From assembly GCF_963853765.1 (NCBI RefSeq), contig NC_088853.1, positions 65,906,001 to 65,970,000 on the forward strand: a stretch of 64,000 nt of DNA. The letters are read 5' to 3'. This document shows, in pieces, positions 51,083 to 63,394 of this stretch. The position numbers were made by a program, and so were the translations under genes. This DNA is from Magallana gigas (taxonomy: Eukaryota). Under the pieces are notes generated by a model that saw only the letters and a program-made list of their open reading frames with translations, did no database searches and had not been told where the DNA came from. Position 1 is the stretch's first letter, and each line of letters opens with the position of its first letter.

Positions 51083-54000
51083 ATGATGCCTTTAACTTGT
51101 GTCTTGCTTACTCTGGTTGTATTTATGCCAAGTCTGATGACGGGATGTAAGTACACGAATTACTAACTTGGTTTGTTATGTTTTACTTTTGATCGCAAGA
51201 ATGTTCATTTTTTCTCTACATTTGCAAACAAGTGATTTTTTCTCTCTCTTTTTTTTAAATTAAGGTGTTTTTTTCTTTAAAAAACTGTTATAAAATACAC
51301 TCGTTTTCCATCTAAGTTAAGCATATTAAAAAGTATGTCTTAAATTACCTCATAACACTTATGAACGACAATATCTTTTTAGAACATAGATTGACATATC
51401 CTTAAGAGTAGTTGTTGTATTTTTTCCTCGTAAAATTAAAAAAAATGGTAAAATGATATATTTTGTGAGTGTTAAATTTGACTGGTACCATTTTTATATC
51501 ATGATCTGTTCGTTATCATTTAACAACATAATTAACAATATATGTCTAAGCTACATTATGCTCTAATTAAACCAAATCTTAGCACATTTAAGATATTACT
51601 GTTGTATGAAAATTGTTAATGTGATTTTTTTTTACTTTTGAACCCAAAGATAACCTAGCGTATAAAAAACCGACTTGGCAGACACTTGACAAGTATTCGT
51701 CGGACAAGGCAGTGGAGGGACTGTATACTAATCTATCAGCAATTGGAAACCAGTGCGCCGTATCTTTTGCCTCGTCTGAAGTCACGTGGTTAGTTGATTT
51801 AGAGACAATAAACAGTATCAGTAAGATTGTATTGTACCACGTGACAGAGGGATCTACATTTGGTAAGCTCATTTCACTTTTATAAATTGTTTCTTTCTTT
51901 TTACTTACGAGTCTTCTTTTAACAAATATTTAAGAAAGCACACGCAACCAACTGGATAATTCATAAATAAACATTAAATCTGTACTTTAAAAAATTATTA
52001 CTACAATGATTTTCTTTTAAGTTTTTTTGTTTTGTTATGATATCGATTTTGGAAACAGTGAAAGGTATCCATTTATCACAGATTTGGGCGTTTTTGTGGT
52101 CCAGATAAATTCTTAATGACTTCATTCCCATGTTTTATGATTCACTTTTGCGGGATTGCGTGACACACAGAAACAGCATATAAAACACATTAAATTGATA
52201 ATTTCATCTTTTTTATTCCTGTTTCTGTATTTGCTACTTTCTAATAGTTTGCATAATGCTTCAATGGATAAGAAAAGTTTGTTATTTTTTCTTCAAATTT
52301 TACGTTTGATATTCTCAGCTATGCTACTACGTTTTACCAAAAATTTAAGGTTAAGCAACTATCTGAATTATTTCAAAAGTTCGTAAAGATTAACCAGTTT
52401 CCGTCATTGTTTTCTCTATTACTTTGATTGTTTTGAACATCAAATGTAAGAAACAATGTTTAACGCAATGTCTTTTTCATTTGGACGGGGAATATTAAGA
52501 ATTATGTCATTAAAATTTATTTTTACATCGATGAATACATAAAAATCTATTTTTTTGTAAATCTTCAATATCAATGGTAATTGCTGTTCTTTAAAAGATA
52601 ATATGAGATGATTCCATAGTGTACATTGACACCTACATTCGCATTAATACTTGACTTTTTTTGTTTCGTTTTGTTTTTTGTTTGTTTGTTTGTTTGTTTT
52701 GGTTTTTTTGGGTTTTTTTTTTTGTTTTTGTTTTTTTTTACTGAAGTTTATTGTACCAATGCATAAAAAGGAGTTGATATATATATTGAATGGTGTGTTG
52801 TAAAAATTCAGAGCGATTGGTATGCTGTTATTTTTTTCATAATAGGTGAATAGTTGGTGTAATATGTATATACAAATAAATAGTAACCTAAGTTTTATTT
52901 AAAGTATTAGATTTTACTTTTTGGGTATCAATGAGATATATTATCCTGTTTTATACACACAAAGCTGACAGCGTCTATGCAAGCAGATTTCTCGGTTTCG
53001 CCGTATATGTATCAAACTCAACCAACAAGAAAGATGGAGTCCTGTGTTATCACGACACCAACTACACGGTATCAACCATTACGTCTAGGATAGCCATTGA
53101 GTGTATTTCCCAAGGCCGCTATGTGATATTCTACAACACAAGAGAAGGAAACTTGTCATTGAAAATTGGCTATTCTGATAAAGTGGAGATTAGTTTATGT
53201 GAAGTTGAAGTATATGGTAATATTTATTATCTTTATATTTTTTTCTTATATTATCCTTCATCATTATGACTAAAAAGGTATATCTTACTTCTGTTTCTAT
53301 CTTTTGTGAAAACAAAACAAAATTTAAAAAAAATCAGAACTGTGTCTTTTTATAGTAATTAATATACAAAAGAATACAAAAATGTCATCATTACATGAGA
53401 TATCAAGCAATCATAATATGATCATATTCTTTTAAAAATCATACATGTAATTTCAATTCATGTGTAGCTAATATGACACATTTTGTAAATACTGGACGAT
53501 TCTATATTTATGTATGCATCATCTTTCTGTACTGTCTTTGTTTTATTTTATAACAACAAGGATGCCCTTTGGGATTCTATGGCGGGGATTGCTTAAAGAC
53601 TTGCCCAGTTAATTGTCACCATTGTAACTACGAATCTGGAAAATGTCTCGGAGGCTGTCGCCGTGGTTTTTCCGGACACTTTTGTAATTCTTATGAACGA
53701 AGTGAGTTAGTTTAGTTGTTTTTAATGAATTTTTTTTTGAACTGCTATAAGTCAGCTTTCATTCACGTGAGAAAAATGTTCTTGAGACTTTCGTCGATGC
53801 ATCAAATTTCTCGCCCCGAATCACTTATTGTGTTATGGTTGATTTAGCAAAACAGATATTAGAAATGCTTGTCGCAAAAATAAGTCGCAGAGTACCATTA
53901 CTGTCTGTTAAATCGCAAATGAATGTCGTCCTGTATAAAAGTTGTTGGATTACCGAAATTGAAATAGCATTGTAAAATAATTAATATTTGTTTGAAATGT

Positions 54001-57000
54001 ACCATCTTACTAAAAATGGCAGAAACATAGTTCGTATTGTGCAAAAAAAGTTGTCTAGGTGAAGTAACTAACGTAAAAATAAACGTATTAATCTGCCATA
54101 CATGACGCTTGAAATTTGTGAAATCATACCATTTAAGCCATCACTTGGCCATTTTAATAAACAATTAATGGCTGATAATTAAATTGTAACGAATTAACGT
54201 AATAGCTTCCAAATTTACAAAAATGAGATAAGTTGAAATAGTTTAATTCTTAAAAAGCGCAAACTGACCAATTAATTTTATATTCGAATAAACTTGTAAG
54301 CTGTTGATTTTATTCCTTATACAAAAATTAAAATTGAAAAATGATGTTTTTACGACTGTTGACTTCCATTATGCCGTTTGAAACCCAGTGACTTTTAATC
54401 ATGATGAACAACATTTTTCCTTCTTTTTTTTTTAGATATTACAAAAGTGAAATATCCTATTTCATATGAATAGTGTCCTAAGGTTCATATCAATAACACA
54501 TTGTTATGTTTTTCCTATCCAGTTAATTTGGCATTACATCGTCCGACTTTTCAACTACATACATTGTTTGACGGACAACCAAGTTCCAGACTCGTTGATG
54601 GTAAAAAGAGTGATCTGAGTATATACAACGGTCAATGCACCTCTACTAAAAACGGCCAAACGTTTGTAATGTGGAGGGTGGATTTAGAAAAAATTCGTCG
54701 CATTGAACGTATTGTTGTTTACTCCAGAACGGATAACAGAATATGGGGTGAGATAAATAAATCTGTTATATTTCTCTTTGCATTAAATGTATAAATTTAA
54801 AAAAAAACATAAAAAATGAATATTCATATATTATAATTTTGCTTAAAATTAAATGATTTAAATATGTTCTTTTGACAGATGGAGATAACCAATTTTCAAA
54901 AAGATTACTAGGATTTTCAATCATTGTTTCGAACACCACTAACCACAAAGATGGCGTCATTTGTTTTCACGACCAAATATACAACAAGAATACAATACCA
55001 TCGGTGGTGGATATTCTCTGTTCCGTCGTTGGACGCTATGTTATATATTACAATGAGAGACTACCAGGAGTCACATACTATGCAGAACATAGTCAATATG
55101 CTTTTGCTGACCTCTGCGAAGTAGAAGTTTACGGTACATTATGATGATATCAATAAAACAAAAAAAGTGCATACTATCTTTACATTTAAACTAGATAATT
55201 TGTAATGTTTATTTTCAGGTTGTCCTATTGTCCAGAGTATGTTTCAAGACGAGGCCTGCAGACTCATGTGTCTCGAAATGTGTAGGAAGGGTGAGTATAT
55301 ACACTTGCTTTATTACAATTATTCTTTCTGTAGTTGTAAATAAAATACTTTTAAGTGTAATATATCTTGAAAAAGATAGTTGCATCATAAATAAAAACAA
55401 ATCATTCAAATACACAAAAACAGATAAAACGAACTTTAAAAAATTTAAGTATTTTGGAATCATTTAAGTTTTTTTGGCAAAACTGTGTGGATTCCTTGAA
55501 AATTACAAATTAAGATTATTTCTAAGATTATTTCTTGTTTATCTTTGACCAACAAAATAAAAAATGATTGTATAACCCTACAAATTAATTCAACATGAGC
55601 TATAAAATCCGAGCCATCAGTTTAATATTTAAATATTATACTGGAAAGGGACATTGATGGCAATATAACAACATCAGTTTGTGAAAAACGTGATGACTTA
55701 AAATATATATCAATATACCTTTATCACCTGTATATGGAGATTTCGTATCTAAGTTACTGCGATACGCAAAGATATGCTCCTGGTATGAACAGTTTCTACA
55801 TGAGGCAATCTACTGTCAAACAGGTTGATGAAAACAGATCTATCAACAGTCTCAATTGAATTCATTATTTTATATAACCAACGCTTAGTAATACAAACAA
55901 TGCAAACAAATATAAAATAAGCTGGTGTTTTGGAATGTCTTGATCGCCTTAGAAGGATATCAAAAATACTCCACAGACTGTAACAAATGATTCAGCAGGA
56001 TCAACATACTATACACTGTCCTAAGTTTTTTCTTCCACCATTGTTCGGTTGATATTTCGATAATAATAATTACTTTTGTGTTGAGATTAGGTTCATCAAC
56101 TGATATAAAAATGCCCAGATTATGTCTTGAAACGTCCCTTCGTTCGCTTCAGGGTTCAATATCCAACCCGAATGATATCTTGGATATTGTGCGAGGTATT
56201 TAGTGTGAGTTCCAAATGGTGAAACGATGTAAACATATCCAATTACAAATCTTCGTAAGAAATTTGTTTTCGTTCATGAGAGGTATTTGTCAATAAAGAT
56301 ACACGTATCTTGAATTTTTACTTTTATTGATTTCAACTGTATTTTTTTTATAAGTATGTGCATTTTGATTAAACAATTATAAAAAAAAATGAGGGAAGAA
56401 AAACATGGGACAAACTAAGGACGAACCGTTATATTTTGCTACACGTATGTTTCTTGTATTGATCGAGTTATTCCCATATGACAATATTTAAAACGTGGCA
56501 TGGTTAACCACACGTCTGAGGAGGTACATGAAATAGACCATATCAAAAGTAGCATTTGATGTTGAAGCCAATCAGCTATTATTCAAGACCACTTAAGACG
56601 ACATTTTGATTCATCATATTATTTGCATATTTAAATGATCAACAAAACGTTTTGTTATACTTTCATGTTAAATACTGAAATCTGATTGGTCAAGACGCAG
56701 TTAATAATATTTACTATTACCCTCAGCGTTAGCAACGCACTTGGCAACGGGTAACATTAAAAAATGTTACCTGCACGAAAATTATGCGCGTACGGTTCGC
56801 TGTAGAATTCACGTTATTCCTATATAAAAGCAGTAAAATTTTCTTAAAAATTTTTAAAAAGACATTCAGTATAACAAAATAAATAGTGCCTGTTTGGGAG
56901 GATAACAGTTGAAATTGACACCCCTCGAAAACCATTGTCAACCTCCGCTTCGCGTCGGTTGACAATGGTTTTCTCGGGGTGTAAATTTCAACTGTTACCC

Positions 57001-59725
57001 TCCCAAACAGGCACTATTTATATAATAACATCTTCGTGCAAGGTAAAAATGATCCGATGAAATTGGAGCACCAATACCCAACGGCAATTAATAAATGTCC
57101 GAAAGTACATTTACATCATTTTATCTGGAAAAAAAGAAATATTTTAGAGCACCAGTCCAGTTTAGCAACTGGATTCACTAGGAGAAGTTCCTCATTAATT
57201 AACCTATTAAATTGAAACATTCGTCTACATACTTTCAATGTATGTAGAAAAACAGGTGGGTTATAGTTTTGGGGATTCATGAAGTTATACCGTGGTCATT
57301 TAAAAACAAATCATTAACACTCTCTATTCTGCAAAAAAGAATCAAAAGTTTTTTTTAAATTTCAGATCTAGAAAATCTCAGTTACAAGAAAAGAACTTGG
57401 CAGTCTGCGACATATTCCTCTTCGGGAACAAGCGATAAAGCAGTTGATGGACGATATACGTCACGCCATTACTCAAGTGGACAGTGTGCTATATCAAAAC
57501 CATCAACACAAATAACATGGTGGGTTAATCTGGGGAAAATATACATGATAGACCATGTCGTAATCTACTTCAGGACCGATAACGTACAGTGGGGTAATGC
57601 ATATATAATTTATCTCTTTAATGTACAGTTTTGTTCTTAAAAATTGCACATGGATAATGGAGAAAACGTCATTATAATTAAGCCAATTTATGTCACCAGA
57701 AAATGTGTAGTTGTTTATGCGGTTTCTTTTAATTATAATAAATTTGGTTTTATATATTCAAAGACAAAATAATTCCGATATTATATTACGTTTGTTTGTT
57801 ATAGGAATAAACAATGGCTATACGGCAGTTTTCCTAGGATTTTATTTGTACATTTCGAACACCACCAATCGTCATGACGGAATCCTATGTCACCACGATA
57901 CAAATTACACAAGAGAAACCATTCCTGATCACGTGTCTATTGATTGTCCTTGCCATGGACAATACGTCATTTTTTACAATGAACGTCTGCCCGGAGTTAC
58001 CTACCCTTCCGGGTATTCAAACATGGCTTATGGTGACCTCTGTGAAGTTGAGGTTTATGGTAAATATTTTTTTTGTGTCAAAAAATGAAGTGTGATTTAA
58101 GTGTTGAACATGTCATATTGTTTTTTTCTTTACCAAGGTTGTCCTAATCCTGTGGTCGAAGTTCCTCAGTGTTCTAAACCGTGTCCATCAAACTGTGAAG
58201 AATGTTACCCAGACACGGGAATATGTATGAAGTGTAAACTTGGTTTTGAAGGCTATGCTTGTGAAAGAGGTAACTATATCTTTGCAATTCAAGATGCAAT
58301 TACATTTAACCTATATAAAATATATTCATTTTATTTGACAAAAGCCATATTCTGTTCAAAGAAAGGCAGTTTAAGGTTATTTGAGGCTATACTTTTAATT
58401 TTCATCTCAAGGAACATCACGCATTTACTCCTTTATTTTTGTTACAATAAAGAACATGACACTTTCTTTTAGAAGAATTTTTATCTAAAAATAAGTCATG
58501 TTTGATAGGACGTTTTGGAATCAACATACAACTATCTTATTTCAGCCTGTCAAGCGGTGACCGACGTAAAAGTATCGTTACCAGTTACAATCGCCGGATC
58601 AGCATACGAAGCATTGTTTTCAAGCAAGGGATATTCTTTTCCAGAACATGGACACCACAATATGTCTCTTTTTTTGTCATTATCTGAACAGTCGACAAAC
58701 CTTGTAAGCGTGTCCTTCACAATCCATGGGGCATCGGTAGTCAGTGTGTACTTGTTGGATGGGATAGGCTCTCTAATCAGGATGGTTAGTATTCATAAAA
58801 TTTGAATATGTGAAAACAATCAATCAACATACAATCAACTTAAAGTAAAAAAAAAAAAGTTGAGAATAACGTAGACGTTCTTATGTTAGAATAAAAGATT
58901 CAAGTTTAACAAAACAGGAATTTTTTTTTTTTGATATATTTTGACGGGATCTAAGAAAACAAAAATTAACAAATATAAGACAGGAAAAAAAGTGCTATAA
59001 GAACCAAAAATGTTGCCTTAAAACATAACAAAACAAATACAAAACGAATATCAACAATTGTTCGATGTATATTTCATCTTTCATTTGGGGCTGAAAAGCA
59101 TTGATGTAATTCAAATGATACTCTACCTATGTTTAAAATAATATATGTGATTTAATGTATTAACAAGTCTACGTAAATATGAATTATCTGAGGTGTTTTA
59201 ATTATCTTTGTTACTTAGTATGTCGACGAGTCTATGGAATCTGAGGATGTAAATGTCACAGTTGTAAACAACATCATTGCTGAAGTTCATTCTATTATAA
59301 TAGAAGTTGTGTATTACCATCAACTTGTCATCTCTAAATTGAGGCTGCCACTCCGTAAATGCTTCAACTATATCAATAGCACAGTAAGTTTCTAGAATAT
59401 ATTGTAGTTCGACATTTTTAATTGCTTTCATTTAAGAAATATATAATATGAATGAAAATATTTCTTTTTGCAAATGTACTTTCATAGATATTATGAATTT
59501 GAGATGAATTACTATATTAACTTTCTTTTTTTTTTTTTTTTTTCGTTTAGATTTAGTGAGTTTAATTATAAGAATGTATTTAACTTTTCATGAAGTAGTC
59601 AAGTTGTCCTAAGAATGAAATAACAATCATTAAGCCTCAGTATTATGCATCAAAACTAGGTTAAACAAAAGTGTTAAATAACATATTTCCTACCATTATT
59701 TCCTTTCATTTTTCAGACATTTTAA
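51083..59725 (+). CDS. Gene C: secreted multi-lectin protein (~747 aa): SP - FTLD1 - EGF - FTLD2 - short Cys linker - FTLD3 - EGF - unassigned ~135-aa domain. Exons 51083-51146, 51650-51862, 52965-53216, 53561-53701, 54523-54747, 54879-55133, 55219-55290, 57372(or 57366)-57593, 57805-58059, 58138-58269, 58546-58784, 59219-59383, 59717-59725
   Basis: All junctions are GT-AG and join in frame without stops (2244 nt including TAA). Leader MMPLTCVLLTLVVFMPSLMTG. Three NL[AS]..[KR]..T.Q / [DE]G / W.V.L / F.GF...SN.T / CEVEVYG domains and two EGF exons. AATAAA lies ~60 nt after the proposed stop. The last exon is the least certain. Confidence 0.85.
55712..55870 (+). mobile_element. Penelope-like element reverse-transcriptase C-terminal fragment in gene C intron 7
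   Basis: NIPLSPVYGDFVSKLLRYAKICSWYEQFL matches the PLE RT thumb motif NIP.SPAYGVY.SQLIRYAR.CS.Y..FL, followed by a stop/frameshift. Confidence 0.7.
56660..57025. mobile_element. Short non-autonomous element ending in a 63-bp-arm palindrome (Crypton-like by inference), in gene C intron 7
   Basis: Arms 56881-56943 and 56957-57019 are reverse complements with 4 mismatches; loop tccgcttcgcgtc. Confidence 0.55.
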
Positions 59726-61290
59726 CCAGTGGTGTGCATTTCAGCGAGAAATTATTAACAGAATTGATTTGTTAATTTTGAACAAAATAAAAACTTCAAG
59801 TGCATTGGTATTCGGCATATTCTGCTTTCAATTCAGATTTATTTAGAGTACGGTGTGCCTACAGGCAGATGTAAGGCAAAGTAAACGGCGAGGGCGGGAT
59901 GACAGCGATTTGTATCTCTTTTACAAGGAAAACCGAGTGCTCTTACTGACTTGTAATATTTCCTTGTTTAAGGATCACGTTTATATACTCATCAATATAA
60001 TTTTGAAAAAAAAATCATCCTTACAGAAATTAAATGCTTGGGGAAAAAAAATATTTTTTTTATTTTACTGTTAATATTCTACAATCAATCAACAAATTTT
60101 AGAGGAATCAATCACATGCTTAAGAAATTTCGGAATTTATTTTTCTGAAGTAAATTGATATAGAAATAAAATGAGATGCTTTTTTGAGCTACGTTATCGT
60201 CTGTCCACACCAAAATAAAAAATCTAATAAAACAAAATAAACATTCATAAAACTAGAGCAGTGCCTATGGCAAATCCACGAGTAGGTCGTCCGTTGTTGC
60301 TGCGAGTTGAAAATACATGTATATGTGAGATGGTGTCAAACGATTCTGCTTTTGTTATAAAAACGTTTAGTGATTGAAAGCCTGAATAAAAACGTGTTTC
60401 GAAAAAGAAAGAAAGAAAATGTTTCGGAAAAACTATTTGTGAAACACAGTTCGTGTAATAGTTTTAAAAATTCTTTAAACAATGAGATCTTAAATGGCGA
60501 GTTAAATTTTCAAAGGGTATCAAGAACTTTTATAGACGGTATGTACTCATGATTCATGTCAGGAATTGTATTTTTATTTTAAAACCGGACCCGCCTACAA
60601 CACACGTAACCTTTTTTATAGGATAACTTCTGTATTTATTTTTTTCTAAATTTTTGAAGACTATGTGCAAGTTTGAAATTCTTGCGTGCTGTCTAAAACT
60701 TAGAAATTAATCAAAATTGATGGCATCTCTAAACTTTTCTTTTGGAAAGTGTGTGTCGTCAGATATTATTTAATGATACGAGTATATTTGGATATTCAAA
60801 ATAATAATCAGCTATCAAAGATCAGCGGGAGAATTTATGCAAAAGTGAGCATCTCCATTTACACCAGATGGTGATGTTTCTTAGAGCCACTATGTAACGT
60901 GAAATTAAATAACCTTTTTTACAGAAATAAATATAACTTCTCTCAACGATGCAATAATATGCAAAATCCTTATTTAATGTCAGTGGGTTGACTAATTACA
61001 TTGAATAAAACTTCAATTGCGCTTGCGTTAATTTGAATTCTGGAAAGGAATTAGAGAGTCCATGTTAGAGATATACGAAGAAGTTTTGAAACTGCTTTCT
61101 AGATCAAACTACGCATTGATGTACTAAAAGACTGTCAAAGGGTATCGGCTGTAGCCACGGTCCGGAATCCGTATGTGCAGTCATAAATTGTATAGTAAAG
61201 TGCAAAAAAATCCGGATTTCAATCTAAGTCGTTTCATTTTTCAATTTGCAACAATATCATCATTTTGAAACAAAACAATGAATATAGAAC

Positions 61291-61973
61291 CACTGAGTTC
61301 AAAATGCATAAAGTTAATAATCAGTTAGACCCCCGTGTCGCTCTGTACACTGAGCGATGCGTCGTTGCATACTGTCTATCAAAATGTCTATATAGTTTTG
61401 ATCCAAACCCATCCACATTTCCATGATTGTAACTTTCCAGTCCGTGAGTTTTTCTGGCTGAATATTTTCCACACGATATTTTATGATCTGCCAAACATTT
61501 TCTATTGGATTTAAATTTGGGGAAGCGGCAGGCCATTCTATTACGGTCATTTGATTCTGTGTGAACCAGTCACGGGTATAGGCTGCAGTGTGCGGTCTAT
61601 CGTTTTCTTGTTGTAAAACATACTTTAAATCGTTTGTCACAATATTAGACAACAGTAATCCCTCCCCTAAAATTTCACAGTACTTGATTGCGGATATATT
61701 TCCTTTCAAAGAAGTGGAGTTAAACCCAACTTGATTATTCCACCTCACACCGTAACAGCTGGTGAGAACTTCGGCACCATTTTTTGACAATGTCCAAATT
61801 TTGCCCACCTTTTACATCTGTAGAACTGAAATCGACTTTCGTCCGTAAAAATCACATTATCGAAATTGTATTTCTGAAGAGCGATACACCATGCCTCTCT
61901 TTTACGTTTCTTCTCCGCGGTCATTAGTGGCACCTTTCGCGGCACAGATTTAAAATAATTACTGCGAGCCAGA
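61291..61973 (-). mobile_element. Tc1-family (DD34E) transposase pseudogene, 3' part, cut at 61973 by an LTR
   Basis: VPRKVPLMT..KR..W...FDNVIFTDESRF, V*GGI (stop at conserved W), QQENDRPH, WPAASPNLNPIENVW with 34 residues between the second acidic position (here E) and the catalytic E. There is a frameshift between ORFs 61745-61945 and 61314-61808. Candidate TIR CACTGAGTTCAAAATG at 61291. Confidence 0.85.
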
Positions 61974-62760
61974 TGTAAGCCTTCCGTCTTACGGATCCAA
62001 TTGAGGGTCAGCTCAAACTTAGTGATGACAAGTCCAGTATTTCTTTCTCAAGCGGTTTTATTAAGCGTGATCGTATAGTTACAATTACATCAGCTAATAG
62101 CAGCCCAAATCAGGAGTCTCATAATCTATCTCAATAAGCGGAATCTATCTATATGTGGGATCTATCTCTCTCCTCAACATCATTTTACATGGGTATATAT
62201 AACATTTCACTTATGATGAACAGTTTTGACTAGTTCGGCCCATTTACGACGATCATGAGTGAACATTCAGTGTTCAAAATTAAGATTAATAGTTTATTCC
62301 TAAATAAAGTAACAAAACCGTCAAAACTGCCAATCAAAGAGTCTGGATGCAGGATTTGAGTCTCCGAGTCCTGGGTCTCGGAGTCCCCCACCTAGTATGA
62401 GGCATCACTTACTCACAATACGTTCATTCATACACGGCATAAAAGGTTACAAAGGTTAATGTATAGAATACACAATACATGAGTCAATATAGAGTACTAG
62501 AGCTATCGTTGCAGACACAGAATCGCCAAATATGTCACTTGTTGTTAAACTCTCAATTTGGATATTATTATGCCCGTATTATGCACCTGGTTTCATAACA
62601 TCATTTAGGAATACTACGCATTGCTACCAGAGTCACAGAGTTCATTCTGTTGATTATCATTAATACCATTCAGTGTGCAGTATTTAGGTACACATAAATA
62701 TCATAGTGACCATTATGTAATACTAGCAATTCAAGGTCATAGCATGGCTATCTGTTTACA
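61974..62760 (-). mobile_element. 787-bp 3' LTR of an LTR retrotransposon (probably Gypsy)
   Basis: Minus strand begins TGTAAAC directly after a purine-rich TTGGGGGACGTA tract and ends GCTTACA. It contains a TATATA box and AATAAA in the expected order. Confidence 0.7.
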
Positions 62761-63394
62761 TACGTCCCCCAAACAAAAGAAATATCCCGAAGGGAGATTT
62801 CTCATGCCTGGCGCCCGGAATAGGAGAGCGTCCTTGATCTACCCTTGATCAGACGAACTTCCTAGTGACATACCAGTCAGAACATCTTTGTTAAGAGATA
62901 GTAACAAGTGACATGTTCCCACCTCCGGCTTGGAACACCATTCATCTATAAAAACAAATCTATAACCAGGATGTATACATGTTCATAAAATCATATAGCT
63001 TGATTATATTGCATTACAATCATGAAAACAATAATGAATAAAGTATGATAATAATGACCAAGATGTATTAACCATAGTTGAATTTAATCGTAATTCATCA
63101 TCAAAGTAATACTAAGTATGGTTAAGCTTGATGTCACATATATATACAAAGTCAGTGCATGCTTATAAGTTCACAAAAATATATCTTCCTTCCTAGGGGC
63201 GAGGTTAGCGTCATAAGTTCGGAGTCCATCGGTTTCTTCCTGAATTTCTCCAGAGTGAATCAACAAATACAAGATTTACATTAGCACAAGATAATGCACA
63301 TTTCTACTTTAACACATTTCACATTTTTTAATTTTCGCTAAATTTCACAATCCTTTCATAAGGAATACACAACTTCTTCGCGGCTGTAGCTTAA

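Noticed and set aside
51588-51872. Minus-strand 94-aa ORF
   Set aside because: Antisense to gene C exon 2
59198-59431. Minus-strand 77-aa ORF
   Set aside because: Antisense to gene C exon 12, which has proper splice sites on the plus strand
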